Source of the DNA: Malacoraja senta
Taxonomy: Eukaryota
NCBI GenBank assembly: GCA_038087875.1
Contig: CM075977.1
Coordinates: 20,026,001 to 20,090,000, forward strand
DNA: 64,000 nucleotides
Reading direction: 5' to 3'
Made by a program: the position numbers and the translations under genes. Positions 1-12,510 of this stretch are shown piece after piece; the first letter of the stretch is position 1; each line of letters starts with the position of its first letter. Below the pieces are notes generated by a model. The model had not been told where the DNA came from. It searched no databases and saw nothing but the letters and a program-made list of their open reading frames with translations.

Positions 1-69
1 TCGAATCCTCTACCCTGGGAAAATACCTTGAGCATTCACTTTATCCATGCCTCTCATGATTGTGTATAC
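1..69 (-). mobile_element. CR1 LINE relic, interrupted by the LTR element and resuming at ~1670
   Basis: CTCTCATGATTGTGTATAC...CTCAATAAG matches the minus-strand CR1 3' ORF2 sequence seen at ~4230-4260. Confidence 0.6.
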
Positions 70-304
70 TGTCCCGCCACCCGGTGTTTAGGCCACTTAC
101 TATGCGAACCCTCGGCAGTCGGGGGTAGGGTCACGTGACTGGGTAATGGCGGGAAAGAGTTGTCATGAGGTTTAGGGGTGTGCCCTAGTGTAAGTATGGA
201 GCCCCGGGTCACCTTCCCCCATTCGCATGTGTGTTGTTCTCTTTACTTCAACAATAAAGATCTCTTTGATTCACTACGTGTGGCATGCTTCTTCGCCCAC
301 CATA
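70..304 (+). repeat. 5' LTR
   Basis: Direct repeat of 1440-1669 (roughly 10% diverged by eye); GTCACGTGAC E-box at 130-139; AATAAA at 253-258. Confidence 0.9.
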
Positions 305-305
305 T

Positions 306-319
306 TGGTGACCCCGACG
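306..319 (+). promoter_or_regulatory. Primer binding site complementary to tRNA-Trp 3' end
   Basis: TGGTGACCCCGACG directly after the LTR; reverse complement of the vertebrate tRNA-Trp(CCA) end ...CGTCGGGGTCACCA. Confidence 0.88.
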
Positions 320-399
320 ATAAGAAATGGTCATTTTGAATTTCAATAATATTTGCAGCCAATGATCAACCTCAACAGCACGAGGTCGCTGTCAATCCG

Positions 400-1390
400 G
401 CCCTGCAGAACGCTGTCTCCCTGAAGCTGCCCATGTTCTGGACATCGCAGCCCCAGGGTTGGTTCCAACAAACCCAGTTCCACATTCGACGCATAATGGC
501 CGACGACACCCGGTACTACTACGTGGTCAGCACGTTGGATCAGGAGACGACTGGTCACCTTGTCCGTTACCTACATGTGCTGCCGTATCAGGACAAATAT
601 GAGGGCATTAAAGTGATGCTTTCGGGTCTGAGCTGCCGGGACCGCACAGCGCGGCTCATGCATATTGGCGGCCTCGGCGATCACAAGCCGTTGGAGATCA
701 TCAGCGAGATGCTCACCCTCATGGATCTGCATTGGCCCTGCCTGCTTTTCGAGCATGCCTTTTAGGAGCAGATGCCGGAAGACATCCGCCTGCTGCTCAC
801 CGGTGAGGATTTCGCAGACCCCCTGCTGCTAGTGGAATGTGCGGGCGAGCTGTGTCAAGCCAAGCAGCAGGGAGGTGGCTCAATCGATCGAGTATCGGCG
901 GTGCCTTGGAGGGCCCAGAATCCAGGCCCTGCGTCCACTGGGAGTTCAGCTGCGCCACCTGTCCCAAACGACCCCGGTAAGGGGAAGTGGCGTTACTACC
1001 ACCAGCCCATCAGTGCCGCCTGCCCTGCTCGTATCCGGGAAATGCAAGGGTCAGCTGCCAGTAGTTGCTGCGGCGGTCGGCCTGAAACATCGCCTCGACG
1101 CGTGGGGTCGACACTCAGGACAATGGTCCTTGGTCTATACGGGAATGGAGGTTAGCATTTTACCCTTGTTGGGGGTGGACACTCGTTCTGGCAAGTGGGG
1201 GCCTTCACTGACTGCAGTCAATGGCAGGTCTATACTGGACTTATGGAGTTTGCACGATCCCACTTATCTTTGGTCCGTGCCATTTTACCTGGACCTTTAC
1301 AGTGGCTGACGTTTCCCAGACATTGCTGGGCGCAGATTTCATATGGGCCCAATCCCTGTTAGTGGATGTCCAGGTCCAACGTCTCGTTCG
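400..1390 (+). pseudogene. Disrupted Gypsy gag and aspartic protease
   Basis: KLPMFWTSQPQGWF..QFHIRRI..DDTRYYYVV (Gypsy gag N-terminus); LVYTGMEVSILP (degenerate LVDTGA active site), LTAVNG, LLGADFI; stops and frameshifts; no RT/RH/IN. Confidence 0.85.
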
Positions 1391-1439
1391 TCTACCCTTT
1401 CGCTTTTGTGCCTCTGGTTCTGGGGGGGGGGGGGGGTCC

Positions 1440-1669
1440 TGTGGCGCCACCCGGTGGTTAGGTCACTTACTATGCAAACCCTTGGCCGTCAGGGGTAGGG
1501 TCACGTGACTTGGTAATGGCGGGAATGAGTTGTCACGAGGTTTAGGGGTGTGCCCTAGTATTAATATGGAGCCCCGTGTCAGCCTTCCCCTATTTGAGTG
1601 TGTGTTGTTCTCTTTACTTCAACAATAAAGATCTCTTTGATTCACCACGCTTGCTTATTCACCCGCCAT
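1440..1669 (+). repeat. 3' LTR, preceded by a G15 polypurine tract (1422-1436)
   Basis: Direct repeat of 70-304. Confidence 0.9.
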
Positions 1670-3951
1670 TATACCTCAATAAGTAAACCTAATCTAACAG
1701 AAGATTTTTGCCAATTTCTTTATGCTGGATCAATCTAATGGCCATGGTCAATCTATTTATCAATTCTTATATCAGCAAGGTTCCCTATATTGTTGCAAAC
1801 ATAAATTATTTATCGCATGTAAAATATTCAGCTCCAGGAAAGGCACAGTAAATCAACGGTGCATCACTGGCTACCTGTGCTTTTTGTGAAATGTTACAGT
1901 GCATTTGGTCCAGGACTTTTATGTTCGCAATCAGGCCTAACACCCTCACTCAAAGCATATTGTAAGGTCTTTGAGCATTCTGTCACAATGTTCTTGTGGG
2001 TGGGTGATGGATTCAGGGATTATAATCATATTATAATCAATTTATGAATGAAACGTTCATAAAAGAGTTGTCAAAATCCAACTAGCACCGATTCCGAGTG
2101 CAAGACTCTACAGCCAGGGACCAATATCCTGCCTAATGAACTGTGAAGCAGGGGTTACGTGCTACAAAAGCCTGTTTCTACATCTGTTTCCTACTCCATC
2201 AGTTGTCATGAAAATTATTATGATTATCCAGGCATGTGTGGTGCGTCATTGGATGCTGCTTCAGATATCCACACGCTTTCTTTGTATCTCCAGGTTTGGA
2301 GTACAATGGAACTGGAAGGAATATGGCGTCTCTTTGATGTAAGTCCATACTTTAACCTCAATTACATTTTCTTCATAAATGTGGTGCCATGTCGGGTATA
2401 TGCATCTGTTTCACAGCAGAAATTCTGATTTCTTAAAGGGAAACTATTGCGACTGAAGCAGGAGATGTGAGTTATTCTACCTGTGAATCTGACCTGGGCA
2501 GAGTGAAGAATGCCACAGCAGTGGCACGAAGCCATGCTCTGAATATTGCACAAGAGGTTCTATGGAGGTGATAGGAACGAGGAAGCATCTTGTTCAAAGT
2601 AGTAAATGGCAAATGATGTCCTGTAGTCACAAAATGAGATGGTCGTAAAAACCAGTAACCGTGGAGATCAGCATCACCAAGTATCAGAAGCAAGTGCTGC
2701 AAGAAGTGTAATGGACTTACATGGACTGTCATAGTCAGGGCATTCACTGCAAAAACCTACCAACAGAACTGTAAGCCTCTATATATCACCATTCATCACT
2801 TGCCAGGAATTATATAATTATGTATCATTTTTTTATGAAACAGGTCTCAAAGCAGAACTCATGCCTTCCCATTAACACACACGTTTAGAGAGTTTACAAG
2901 TGCTAAATTAATATTTCACAGCTTACATAGGGTGCCAGCTTCATGCCTAGAACAGCCACTTCACACACCTCAACATATCACACAGCAATCAAAAGCACCA
3001 TTCTTTCTTTCGTTCAGAAGGAGATGATACCCAACTGAAGGATAGAAGGAACCACCTGGAAAGACAGAATAACTGATGACTTGTTTGTCTTGGAGAGATG
3101 GTGCTGGCAATGAAGGGTGGGTAGATCTGAAGTATTTAGGAGTTATGGTATCTGCACAGTTTATAATCTGCCAGCCATCTCACTTTCTGATTAAAATGAG
3201 CATAATTCTCATGAAACAGCCTGAACAGTGATTACTTGACCTCCATGAATAAACCGGGAATAATGACCAAAAGCTAATTACATGTCTCCTGACATTAATG
3301 GTGTTAAACCAAATTGCAGTGGTGCCTACTCTTGACCTCAGCAAAAAGTACAGGGATTGAACCTCAACAAAATTGCATGCATTTACCCACTCAGGCAATA
3401 AGGACATACACTGCAAAGTTATTTACTGCAATTACTCATACCAGGACTCTCTTTCACTCTTTTATCAGTCAGCCCTTAGCTCTTATTTCCACATTAATAA
3501 GTTTACGCATAATTTTTGACAGGTCTAATTGAGCATGATTTTGTGGCAAGAGCAGAGATGATTAGTTGTGATTTTATTTTGCATTCCATGGATCTAGAAA
3601 TAAAACTTGTTTTAGAATACATAATTTGCAAGTGGCATGAACGGTAATGGTAATAAATAATATTGTTAAATAGTGATCCATATTTTGTCAGGAAATGTCA
3701 GCATTTAGCCCCATATTGCTTATATTTCCCCATATCATTACCTTTGTGATTTCCATGTGAACATGGATGTCCCAGATCTGCTGACAGAAGGCTGCAGTTG
3801 TTTTATGTCTTAATGGACTCAGACACAGGATACCTCAATTTGTTTAGCTGATTTGCATAGGCATAGTGGTGAGCATCCTATCCTCAACCTCAATTCAATC
3901 AATTATTTCAATGAAGGGATCCAGTTGTAAGGGATTATGTTAATAATAAAT

Positions 3952-3953
<2 letters not shown>

Positions 3954-4035
<82 letters not shown>
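3954..4035. repeat. (AT)n microsatellite
   Basis: Perfect dinucleotide run. Confidence 0.99.
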
Positions 4036-4038
<3 letters not shown>

Positions 4039-4224
4039 AACTATTTACATAATTTTAGTGCTTCAGGTGTAGATTTTTTTAAATGTTTGAATATGTTTTT
4101 TTTTTAATTTTCAATAGTTGTTAAATACATCATTCAATGCCACTAAGCTAGCTGTCAATTTGCAAAAACTTTTCTGGCCCTGAATGTTCTCCTGCCCAAC
4201 CACACCACTACCCCCCCCCCTTCT

Positions 4225-4725
4225 ATTCCCCTCATGATTGTATACACCTCTATAAAATCACTCCTCAGTCTCCTGCGCTCCAGGGAATAAAGTCCTAGCC
4301 TTCCCAACCTCTCCCTTTAGCACTGGCCCTTGAGTCCTGGCAACATCCTCATAAATCTTCTTTGCACTCTTTCCAGCTTAACAACCTGCTTCCTATAGCA
4401 TAGTGACCAAAGCTGAACACAATACTCCAGATGTGACCTCACCAAAGTCTTGCACATCGGTAACATAACATACCAATTTCTAATCTCAATACCCTGGTTG
4501 ATGAAGGCCAATGTACCAAAAGCCTTCTTGACCACTCTATCTACCTATGATGGAATTTTCAGGGAAGCATGTACTTGCACTCCTAGATCCCACTACTCCT
4601 CATAGCTCTCCAGGGCCCAGCAATTCACTGTGAAGGTCCTGCATTAGTTTGACTTCCCAAAATGTATCACCTCACATTTATCTGTATTAAACTCCATTAG
4701 CTTTTCCTCAGCCTAAATGCCCTAC
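4225..4725 (-). mobile_element. CR1 LINE ORF2 3' fragment
   Basis: VKKAFGTLAFI...LVRSHLEYCVQLWS...ERVQRRFMRMLPGL (ORF 4317-4535). Confidence 0.9.
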
Positions 4726-5377
4726 ATTTTCATAACCATATGTAACAGAAGGAAGGCCATTCCTACTGTATCTAATTTATGTTTGTAGCTTTGCACCTGA
4801 ATACCTGTACAGTAAACAAAGTTTGTTTATTTACCATTTGATGTAGATTCTCAAAGCCAGATGCTAGAATATTACTATTATATCTTATCCCCAGATGTCC
4901 CAATATCAAGTCTTGTGATTTTGGCTGAGCTATTGTCTTTTCTTGGGTCCAAAGAGTGATCCTCACGGGAATATCTGGATTACAAGGTGTGCCAACTGGC
5001 AAAATGCAGTAAATGATGACAATATTTTAGAGCCTCTTTGGTGAATCATGAATGGCAAAATTCTGGTCTGTTAAATGGTCTGGATACTCATCTTAACTGC
5101 TCGTACTGGCACTGCAGAATGGACAGAAGCTTGGAGAGAGGTGAAGATCTAGGGACAGCAACCCTTGACTCCAAATGCAAGCATAAGGTGACAGCTGAAA
5201 AATGTCAGGCACCACGAGGCACCTTGAGGAAAAATAAGCCATAGGAGGTCTGTAAAAACAGTTAGCATGATGAAGATTTCCTTTCTCGATCAGGAAAGTG
5301 ATGGATGTTCAGGAAGTGACATCTTTTAGGATTCCTGAAGTATCCTGGGTCATATGTGCCCGACTGTCCAACAAACG

Positions 5378-5640
5378 AGCAGCTCAGTGGTACAGTGGTA
5401 AAGGAGCAACTTTACAGCTCCAGAGATCCAGATTCGATCCTGACTACGGGTGCTGTCTGTGTGATCTCCCTGTGACCACATGGGTTTTCCCTGGGTGCTC
5501 CGGTTTTCTGCCACATTCCAAAGACATGCAAGTTAGTAGGTTAATTGGTTTCTGTAAATTGTCCCTAGTGATTGCTGGTTGGCGCAGACTTGGTGGGCCG
5601 AATGGTCTGTTTCCATGCTCTATCTCTAAACTACCTAAAA
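5378..5640 (+). mobile_element. tRNA-derived V-SINE (HE1-like)
   Basis: A/B-box-like head (TGGTACAGTGG, ATTCGATCC), V-core GGGTTTTCCCTGGGTGCTCCGGTTTTCTGCCACA, CR1-like 3' tail GGGCCGAATGGTCTGTTTCCATGCT. Confidence 0.85.
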
Positions 5641-5944
5641 AGTGATTGGATTTTCCTTCAGACAGTACGTGCTATTTACAGAAAGCCTAGGAATGCCTTA
5701 TGCTAAGAATAACTAGTTGTTGCATTTTCTGCAATGAGATTCAAACATTGTATTACAGTGATTTATGTCCACCCTGATTGTCCCATACGCTATATATGTC
5801 AGCCTGCCACATGCGTAGATGTGCCTGTATCAATCTCACATTCTGTACACAGAGTACGATTTTACTGGTTTGCATAATGCGTGTAATGAAATAGTACATG
5901 GTATAACTCTAAAAAGGTAATATCTTGGAAGAGGATTTTGTTAA

Positions 5945-6260
5945 AATGCACAATGTGTTGGAAATGTTCAGCAGGTCAGACAGTTCCTATGAAGCGAGAA
6001 ACAGCATTAACATTTTAGATTGAAAACTTCTCATTAGAAATGGAAATAAGAGAAAACAAGTGTGCTTTAAGTTGCAGAGAAAGTCAGAGGGGTGTGGGGC
6101 TTGGGACAGAACAAAGGGAACATCTGTGATACGGTGCAGTCAAAGATTGTCCATGCGACACAAATGCTGATGATGCTAAGTGCGAGCTATGAATGGTTTT
6201 AATCACAGCTAATATGCCTGGGGGAGTGTAATTGGAGGGAGATGAATGAGGTTTTGAATA
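5945..6260 (-). mobile_element. Highly degenerate Penelope terminal repeat
   Basis: Weak similarity to the ACACAAAATGCTGGAGTAACTCAGC...CTTCTTCAGA unit found elsewhere in the window. Confidence 0.5.
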
Positions 6261-6674
6261 GAATTTCCAGGACCGACTTACTCTGTGTCGCAATCTATCA
6301 TCTTGTTCTATACTAATAGTGACATTTTCCATTACAACCCCTTCATGAATATTGTATTATAATTCCTTTTCTTTCTAGTTTTTGTTTTTCCAAGGGTTAC
6401 AAGAATTTGTTCCTAGCTCAGTCAAGGTGGTGGAGAATACTGGCCTGAACCATGATGGGCACAATCTTCATACATTGTGCAGTACCTATTCTGTATGGGT
6501 AGTTACTTTGTGAATTATGTACATGAGATGCCAAAGCAACTCAGCCCTCCATTGGGGAATGAGTTACCCAACCGTCTTCAACCAATCAGACTGAAAAAGT
6601 ACTACTTGAGATCTGCATAATCCAAATCAGAATATTTCATTTAAACTTATACCTTATAGTTTACGAACACAACT

Positions 6675-6990
6675 GACTTGAAGGAGATTGCAAAATATGG
6701 TAAACACTGCCTAGTCCATCATGGGTACTGACCTTCCCACCATCAAAGGGATCTAAAGGAGACGCTGCTACAAAGGCGGCCAACAACATCAGAGACCCAC
6801 ACCATCCTGGCCATGCTCACATTTCACTCCTGCCATTGGGAAAAAGGTACAGAAGCCTAAAAACGGTCAGAGCCAGGTTTAGGAGTAGCTTCTTCCCAAC
6901 AACTAGCAAGCTATTGAACACTATGAACTCTAACTAAACTCCGAACTACAAACAGCCTTGATTGCACTAGAGTCTTGGGGATTTTGTTTT
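6675..6990 (+). mobile_element. Rex1/Babar LINE 3' fragment
   Basis: Encodes degenerate DPHHPGH..LLPLGKRYRSL..RFRSSFFP, as in the C-terminus of the intact ORF at 52816. Confidence 0.8.
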
Positions 6991-7074
6991 CGACTCTGCT
7001 CTATATGGTTTGTTTGTTTTTATATATTTTATATATTGATAGTGAGTCTTGGTGAGAACATGGTCGAACAGTAC

Positions 7075-7172
7075 GAGAGTCTGAAATCGGCTCGCTGCCT
7101 TAAATGTCGCCTGCCCATTTCCTCCACAAATGCCATCTGATCCATTGAGTTCCCCCAGAGCTTTGTGTTTTG
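7075..7172 (+). mobile_element. Degenerate Penelope terminal repeat
   Basis: AGTCTGAA..AAATGTCGCC..TGAGTTCCCCCAGAGCTTTGTGT resembles the pLTR consensus. Confidence 0.55.
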
Positions 7173-7283
7173 ATAAGGATAGAAAAAACAATTTGGTATA
7201 TACTCATCAATCTGCTTGACCATTGTGTGTCACCATACACAAATAACATTACTAGTGCACACAGATGTCATGGAGGCAGAACC

Positions 7284-7345
7284 ATTCAGATTCAGATTCA
7301 GATTCAACTTTATTGTCATTGTGCAGTGTACAGTACAGAGACAAT
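7284..7345 (-). mobile_element. Extreme 3' tail of the Rex1 family that is intact at 52812-56181
   Basis: Reverse complement of ~56120-56181 including the (GAATCT)n tail. Confidence 0.85.
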
Positions 7346-8029
7346 GTTATCACATTCAGAAACGACTCCACTACCTTCGACCAAAATTAGGTGAATCCAG
7401 AAGTTTGTCACAGTTTAAAACCGTGCATACATGAGACACCATTTATGTGCCCTGGTGAATCTTTGGAATTCTCTACCCAATAAAACTGTAGACTTTCAGT
7501 TGCCGGGATAGATTAACTTGGATTTTTGATGCTACTGTATGAGAATCAGGAAATATTCATGGAAAGCAGGGAGTTGACTTTGAGGTGAAAGACTGGCCTT
7601 GACTTTATTGAATGGCAAAACAGGCACAAGGTGCCAAATTGCTAGTTCTCTCATAAGAAAATAAGAATATATTTCTTATATTCTTATTGAACAGAGCTCT
7701 CTCCCCAATAAAAGCACCCATTTCCCCATTCATCATAAATCGTCTACAAAACATAACACCCTCTTCACTCCCCACTCCCCACATTAATTAAACATCCTTC
7801 CCCACTAAACGCAAACCTGTATCCATTTAACACAATCTTCTCCAGAAAATATAATCATTCACCAGTCACCAGGACCGTTTCCACATTCCTCTTTCACACT
7901 AAGCATAACCATTTTTCTATTAAATGAACCCCTCCCCATTAAACACAATTTCTTCTGACTAAGTGCAATGCTACACCCAACTTCTTCCCCAATTACCACA
8001 ACTGCAAACCCAAGAAATACTAGTTTGAT

Positions 8030-8905
8030 TGTGCTTTAAAGAGTACTGGATAAAAACGAATCCATCCATACTTAAGTAACAAGCTGAAAGAAAAAGCTTT
8101 CAACATTGCAAAGAATGTATATAGACTTGGGAATTGGGAGAATGTGAGAAACTAGCAAACAATGCCTAAAAAATGATTAGATTGGAAATAAATATAAGAG
8201 GAAACAATCTAGGATTATAAAAACTGTTTTTTAAGATGTTCTAGAATTATGTAAAAATAAAGTATAATAAAAAGTATTTATGGTCCTTGTTTTGGACTGA
8301 TGCAATATTTATAAACATGCAAAATGCTCTGTGGTTCTGAAAGAATCCCAATAAAATGAAAGCTGCAAGGCAATAACGCCATTCCAGAATGAGAGTTGAA
8401 AGAATAATAAAAAACTACAACTAGTTCAGTACTTGTCATCATGAAATATTTGGATGCATTATTAAGGATGTGTTAGCAGAGCACTAAAAAAAGCAAAACA
8501 TGAGTCAAAATTGTTTTATGATATGAAAATGATGTTAAACAAATTGATTTGTTCTTTGCAGACAACAAGCCAATGCATTTAACACATTTGGATTTCATGA
8601 AGTTAATCCATGAGGTTTCACAACACCATGATGGCATATGGGGTTGTAGGTAATTGTATGAATAAGGGTTCGGCTAACAAACAGTAAGAAAATAGGGATA
8701 AATTAATGATTATCAAGTTTGCAATTCATTTGGTTCCTCTCTGGTTTTATGGGTTCCAAGTCATTGATGGGACCAAAGAGGAAATCACAGACGTTTTTGA
8801 TTAGTACAAGTGTCATGGGTTATGGGGAGAAGGCAGGAGAATAGGGTTAGGAGGGAGAGATAGATTGGTCATGATTAAATGGTGAATGGGCCGAATGGCC
8901 TAGTT
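8030..8905 (+). mobile_element. Old degenerate CR1 fragments
   Basis: Remnants of CR1 ORF2; CR1 3' UTR (TATGGGGAGAAGGCAGG...GGGCCGAATGGCCT) at 8790-8905. Confidence 0.55.
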
Positions 8906-10040
8906 CACGGTTCAAGGTCAGTTTAATGTCACATGTACCAATTAAGGTACAGTGAAATTTAAGTTACCATACAGCCATACCAAGTAAAAAGCAACAAGAG
9001 TATTGTGTGTAGTTTTGGTTCCCTAATTTGAGGAAGGACATTCTTGCTATTGAGGGAGTGCAGCGTAGGTTTACAAGGTTAATTCCCGGGATGGCGGGAC
9101 TGTCATATGCTGAGAGAATGGAGTGGCTGGGCTTGTACACTCTGGAGGTTAGAAGGATGAGAGTGGATCTTATTGAAATATATAAGATTGTTAAGGGTTT
9201 GGACACGCTAGAGGCAGGAAACATGTTCACGATGTTGGGGAAGTCCAGAACCAGGGACCACAGTTTAAGAATAAGGGGTAAGCCATTTACAACGGAGACG
9301 AGGAAACACTTTTTCTCACAGAGAGTTGTGAGTCTCTGGAATTCTCTACCTGGTGGAGGCAGGTTCTCTGGATGCTTTCAAGAGAGAGCTAGATAGGGCT
9401 CTTAAAAATAGCGGAGTTAGGGGATATGGGGAGAAGGCAGAAGGTACTGATTGGGGATGATCAGCCATGATCACATTGAATGGCGGTGCTGGCTCAAAGG
9501 GCCGAATGGCCTACTCCTGCACCTATTGTCTATTGTCTATTGTCTATTGACACACAACCACGTAAAAGTCAAAATAAACAGTGGAGTCCACATTCTTCAC
9601 TGTGATGGAAGGCAATAAAGTTCAGTCTTCTTCCTTTTTGTTCTACCATAGTAGGGGCAGTCAAACCTTCCGCAGTCAGGATGATCAAAGCCCCCGCAGC
9701 CAATGATCGAAGCCCCCGTCGGGGTGATCAAAACTCCCATGTTGGGGCATTTGTAATTCTCTCCACAGCATGGAGCTCCCGAGTCGGCCTCTTCTTGCCA
9801 GAGACCGCGGGCTTCACGATGTTAAAGTCCACAGGCACTGCGGTTGGAGCTTCGATCCCTGGCAAAGGGATCGCAAGCTCTGCAATGTTAATGTACCGCA
9901 GACTCCCACGACTTGGACCAACCTTCGATCTCCAGGAAAGGCCGGCAACTCCACGATGTTAGGCCGCAGTGCGGACCGAGATACGATACGGAAAAAAATC
10001 GCATCTCCGTCGAGGTAAGAGATTGAAAAAAAGTTTCCAA
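8906..10040 (-). mobile_element. GC-rich non-coding interspersed element with LINE-like 3' tail, split by a CR1
   Basis: Shares the CAGTG..TCACTGTGATGGAAGGCAA block and GC-rich body with 33560-34360 and 45900-46672. Confidence 0.65.
8998..9548 (+). mobile_element. 5'-truncated CR1 LINE
   Basis: [21 protein letters not shown] (ORF 9028-9396); CR1 3' UTR and (CTATTGT)n tail. Confidence 0.93.
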
Positions 10041-10043
10041 CAA

Positions 10044-10896
10044 CTGTCCCACTTAGGCGATTTTTCAATCGACTGCTGGTGACTGTCAAGGCCACTGCCG
10101 GTGACTGCTGGTGACTGTCGGTGACTCTTCCCTAAAAAAACGGCAACTGGATCGCTGATGTCAAAGTGGAACACAAACACATCGCTTCCTTCACCAGCCC
10201 GTTATGCAGGCGGGGGACAGGGCAAGCGGGGGGAGCACTGGCTGAGTGAAATTCACATGGTGCAAAGCCAATGTGATAAAGACACACACCGTGATGAACT
10301 GGAAGGTTGGCACTGTAATTAAGTAGCTAAAAAGCATTGTGTATGGTAGGTCCTTTAAAAGAGGGGGCGGGGGGAGAGGTGGGAGAAGGGGGAGAGAGGG
10401 GGGAGAAGGAGTGGAGATAACTTTTAAGAAGCCAGAGATACACGGCTGTGAAGCTCGGCGGACATTTAACATTACCGGTCGGTTATCCTCGGTTCTGAAA
10501 ATTACTGCTTATGTTTTTTTCCCCAATGAACCAATGAAATTCACCAGTCAGCACCGGCTACAACCTACGAGAACCTAAGAGAACCTTCGACCTCCTGGCA
10601 ACCCACTAGGACCACCTGGTGACCCACCTACAGCTTGAGAATTCTCTCTACTCTCCATGGCAGCTTCATTCTCGTGGCCGTTAATTCTGGAAGAAGATTC
10701 TATAGCCGCTAATTTTTCAACATGTTGAAAAATTCGTGGCGACCATAATGAGGCCGCGACTAGTTTCCAGAATGCGGAAACTCATCACGATCATGAAGGC
10801 TACTCCATGGCAACCACCCGCGAACATGTGGCGACCATATGGCGACTGCATAGTCTCCTGTAGTCACCGAAAAAGTTGCCTAAGTGGGACAGGCCC
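10044..10896. mobile_element. Non-autonomous DNA transposon (MITE), probably PIF/Harbinger-like
   Basis: Terminal inverted repeats CTGTCCCACTTAGGCGATTTTT (10044-10065) and AAAAAGTTGCCTAAGTGGGACAGGCCC (10870-10896); left end lacks the outer GGGC; no transposase. Confidence 0.75.
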
Positions 10897-11579
10897 ATAA
10901 ATGTCTGACATCTTTGAAGTGCTGTGCATAGTATTCAGCCAAAAACACCTGCTTGAGATTGGAGTAGAAATTTGATTTTGTTTGCATATTTAGCAGCCTA
11001 TTGCACTCTGGCAGAATTTTTTGCATAATATGGTTTCTGTTTCAGTGGAATTTAAATCAAATTAAATTCAATCTACCTGTTCCTTTAACATCCTTTATAC
11101 TCTTATTATCCACAACTTTTGTTGCTTTGTTATATTTTGCACTCTCTAAGTATTTCATATTGACTATAATCATTGCCTATAGTATATTTCTAGTAATCAG
11201 CTCCTCCATTTATATTTATCTCCTCCAACCATATAGCCATGTTTAAAATCATCTTTCTGGCATCTCACTCCTTTTCCTTTTTCAACCTCAATGAGTTTAA
11301 CTCAGCAGTTTTTCACTAATCAATAACTACCCTGCATTCATTTAAGGGGTGTGGGCTACCTTGCAGTGAATCTATTCACACACCAAATGTGATCACTGGG
11401 TCATCTGTTAATGAAATAAGCTATCATTGTAGGTAAACCGATTCTATCAGATGGTGCTGAAGTGAATGAAGAACTGGAATTGTGCATCTCTCATTCGATT
11501 TCTTGCCCTGTTAGACAACTCTCCAAAAAATGATTGGGATGAAGTGAGTGTGTGAACACAATCCTGTCCTCGTCAATTG

Positions 11580-12510
11580 GTTATCAGCTTCATTTCCAAG
11601 GCATCTATATCACCAGTAACTTAAACGGGTCTCTTCACACTGACACGCTGATCAAGAAAGTACATCAACATATGTATTTTCACAGGCTTCTGTCAAGATT
11701 CAGCATGTCTACTAGGATTCCCACGAATTTCTACAGCAGCTTTATAGAAAGCATTCTCATGGCATGCATCTCAGCCTGGTATGGCAACTGATCTGTTCTT
11801 GAACACATGAACCAGTAAAGAGTGATCAATACAGCCCAATCCATCATGGGCTCATCACATCCATCCTTCCTTCCATCACATCCCACCTTCACAGGTAGTT
11901 TGCATCAGGAAGGGTGGAAGTCCTGTTAAGGATGTCGATCATCCTGCCCATTCCCTTTTTTCTCTACAACCTTCTGGAAGAAGATGCAGGTGATAGGTTG
12001 GACATCCATACTTAAGTACAGCTTCTTTCCCACTGTTATGAGACTCCTGAACCAATCACCTCTTTGAGAGGTTGGACATGCATACTTAAGTACAGCTTCT
12101 TTCCCACTGTTATGAGACTCCTGAACCAATCACCTATTTGAGAGGTTGGACATCCATACTTAAGTACAGCTTCTTTCCCACTGCTATGAGACTCCTGAAC
12201 CAATCACCTCTTTAACACACCATTCTCAGACGTGTTACCATGTACTCTTATTCTGAACTCTACCTCTTTGGGTTATTGCAATATTGTACTTACATTTTAT
12301 TTGCATTTTGAACCACTATCTAGCACCATTCTACTGGTTTGCATTTGTTGTATTTATTGTATTTATCATTAGTGAATGTACATGGTTTACTTTGTGAGCT
12401 TGGTGTTAATTAGGCATTCATCACACTTTCATGTACATGATGACAATACTCTAATCTTATTTTACCTAATCTAATCAAATCTAATCTAATCGAATCCAAT
12501 CTAATCTAAA
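11580..12510 (+). mobile_element. Degenerate Rex1/Babar 3' fragment
   Basis: LIKKVHQHMYF..NFYSSFIESILMACISAWYGN; (CTAAT)n tail near 12465-12510. Confidence 0.8.
11995..12213. repeat. Three tandem copies of a 74-bp unit
   Basis: AGGTTGGACAT starts at 11995, 12069 and 12143. Confidence 0.95.

Larger units (their letters stand above)
70..1669 (+). mobile_element. Internally deleted Ty3/Gypsy LTR retrotransposon (gag + protease remnants only)
   Basis: Two ~230-bp direct repeats starting TGT (70 and 1440), PBS, G-run PPT, TATAC duplication at 65-69 and 1670-1674, gag- and protease-like peptides inside. Confidence 0.92.

Noticed and set aside
1700-3950. Possible host exons or ancient repeats in the unannotated stretch
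   Set aside because: No ORF with a recognisable product and no convincing splice pair; cannot be classified without a search
5378-5450. tRNA gene
   Set aside because: Degenerate A/B boxes continue into a V-SINE core and LINE-like tail; a SINE head, as at 45275
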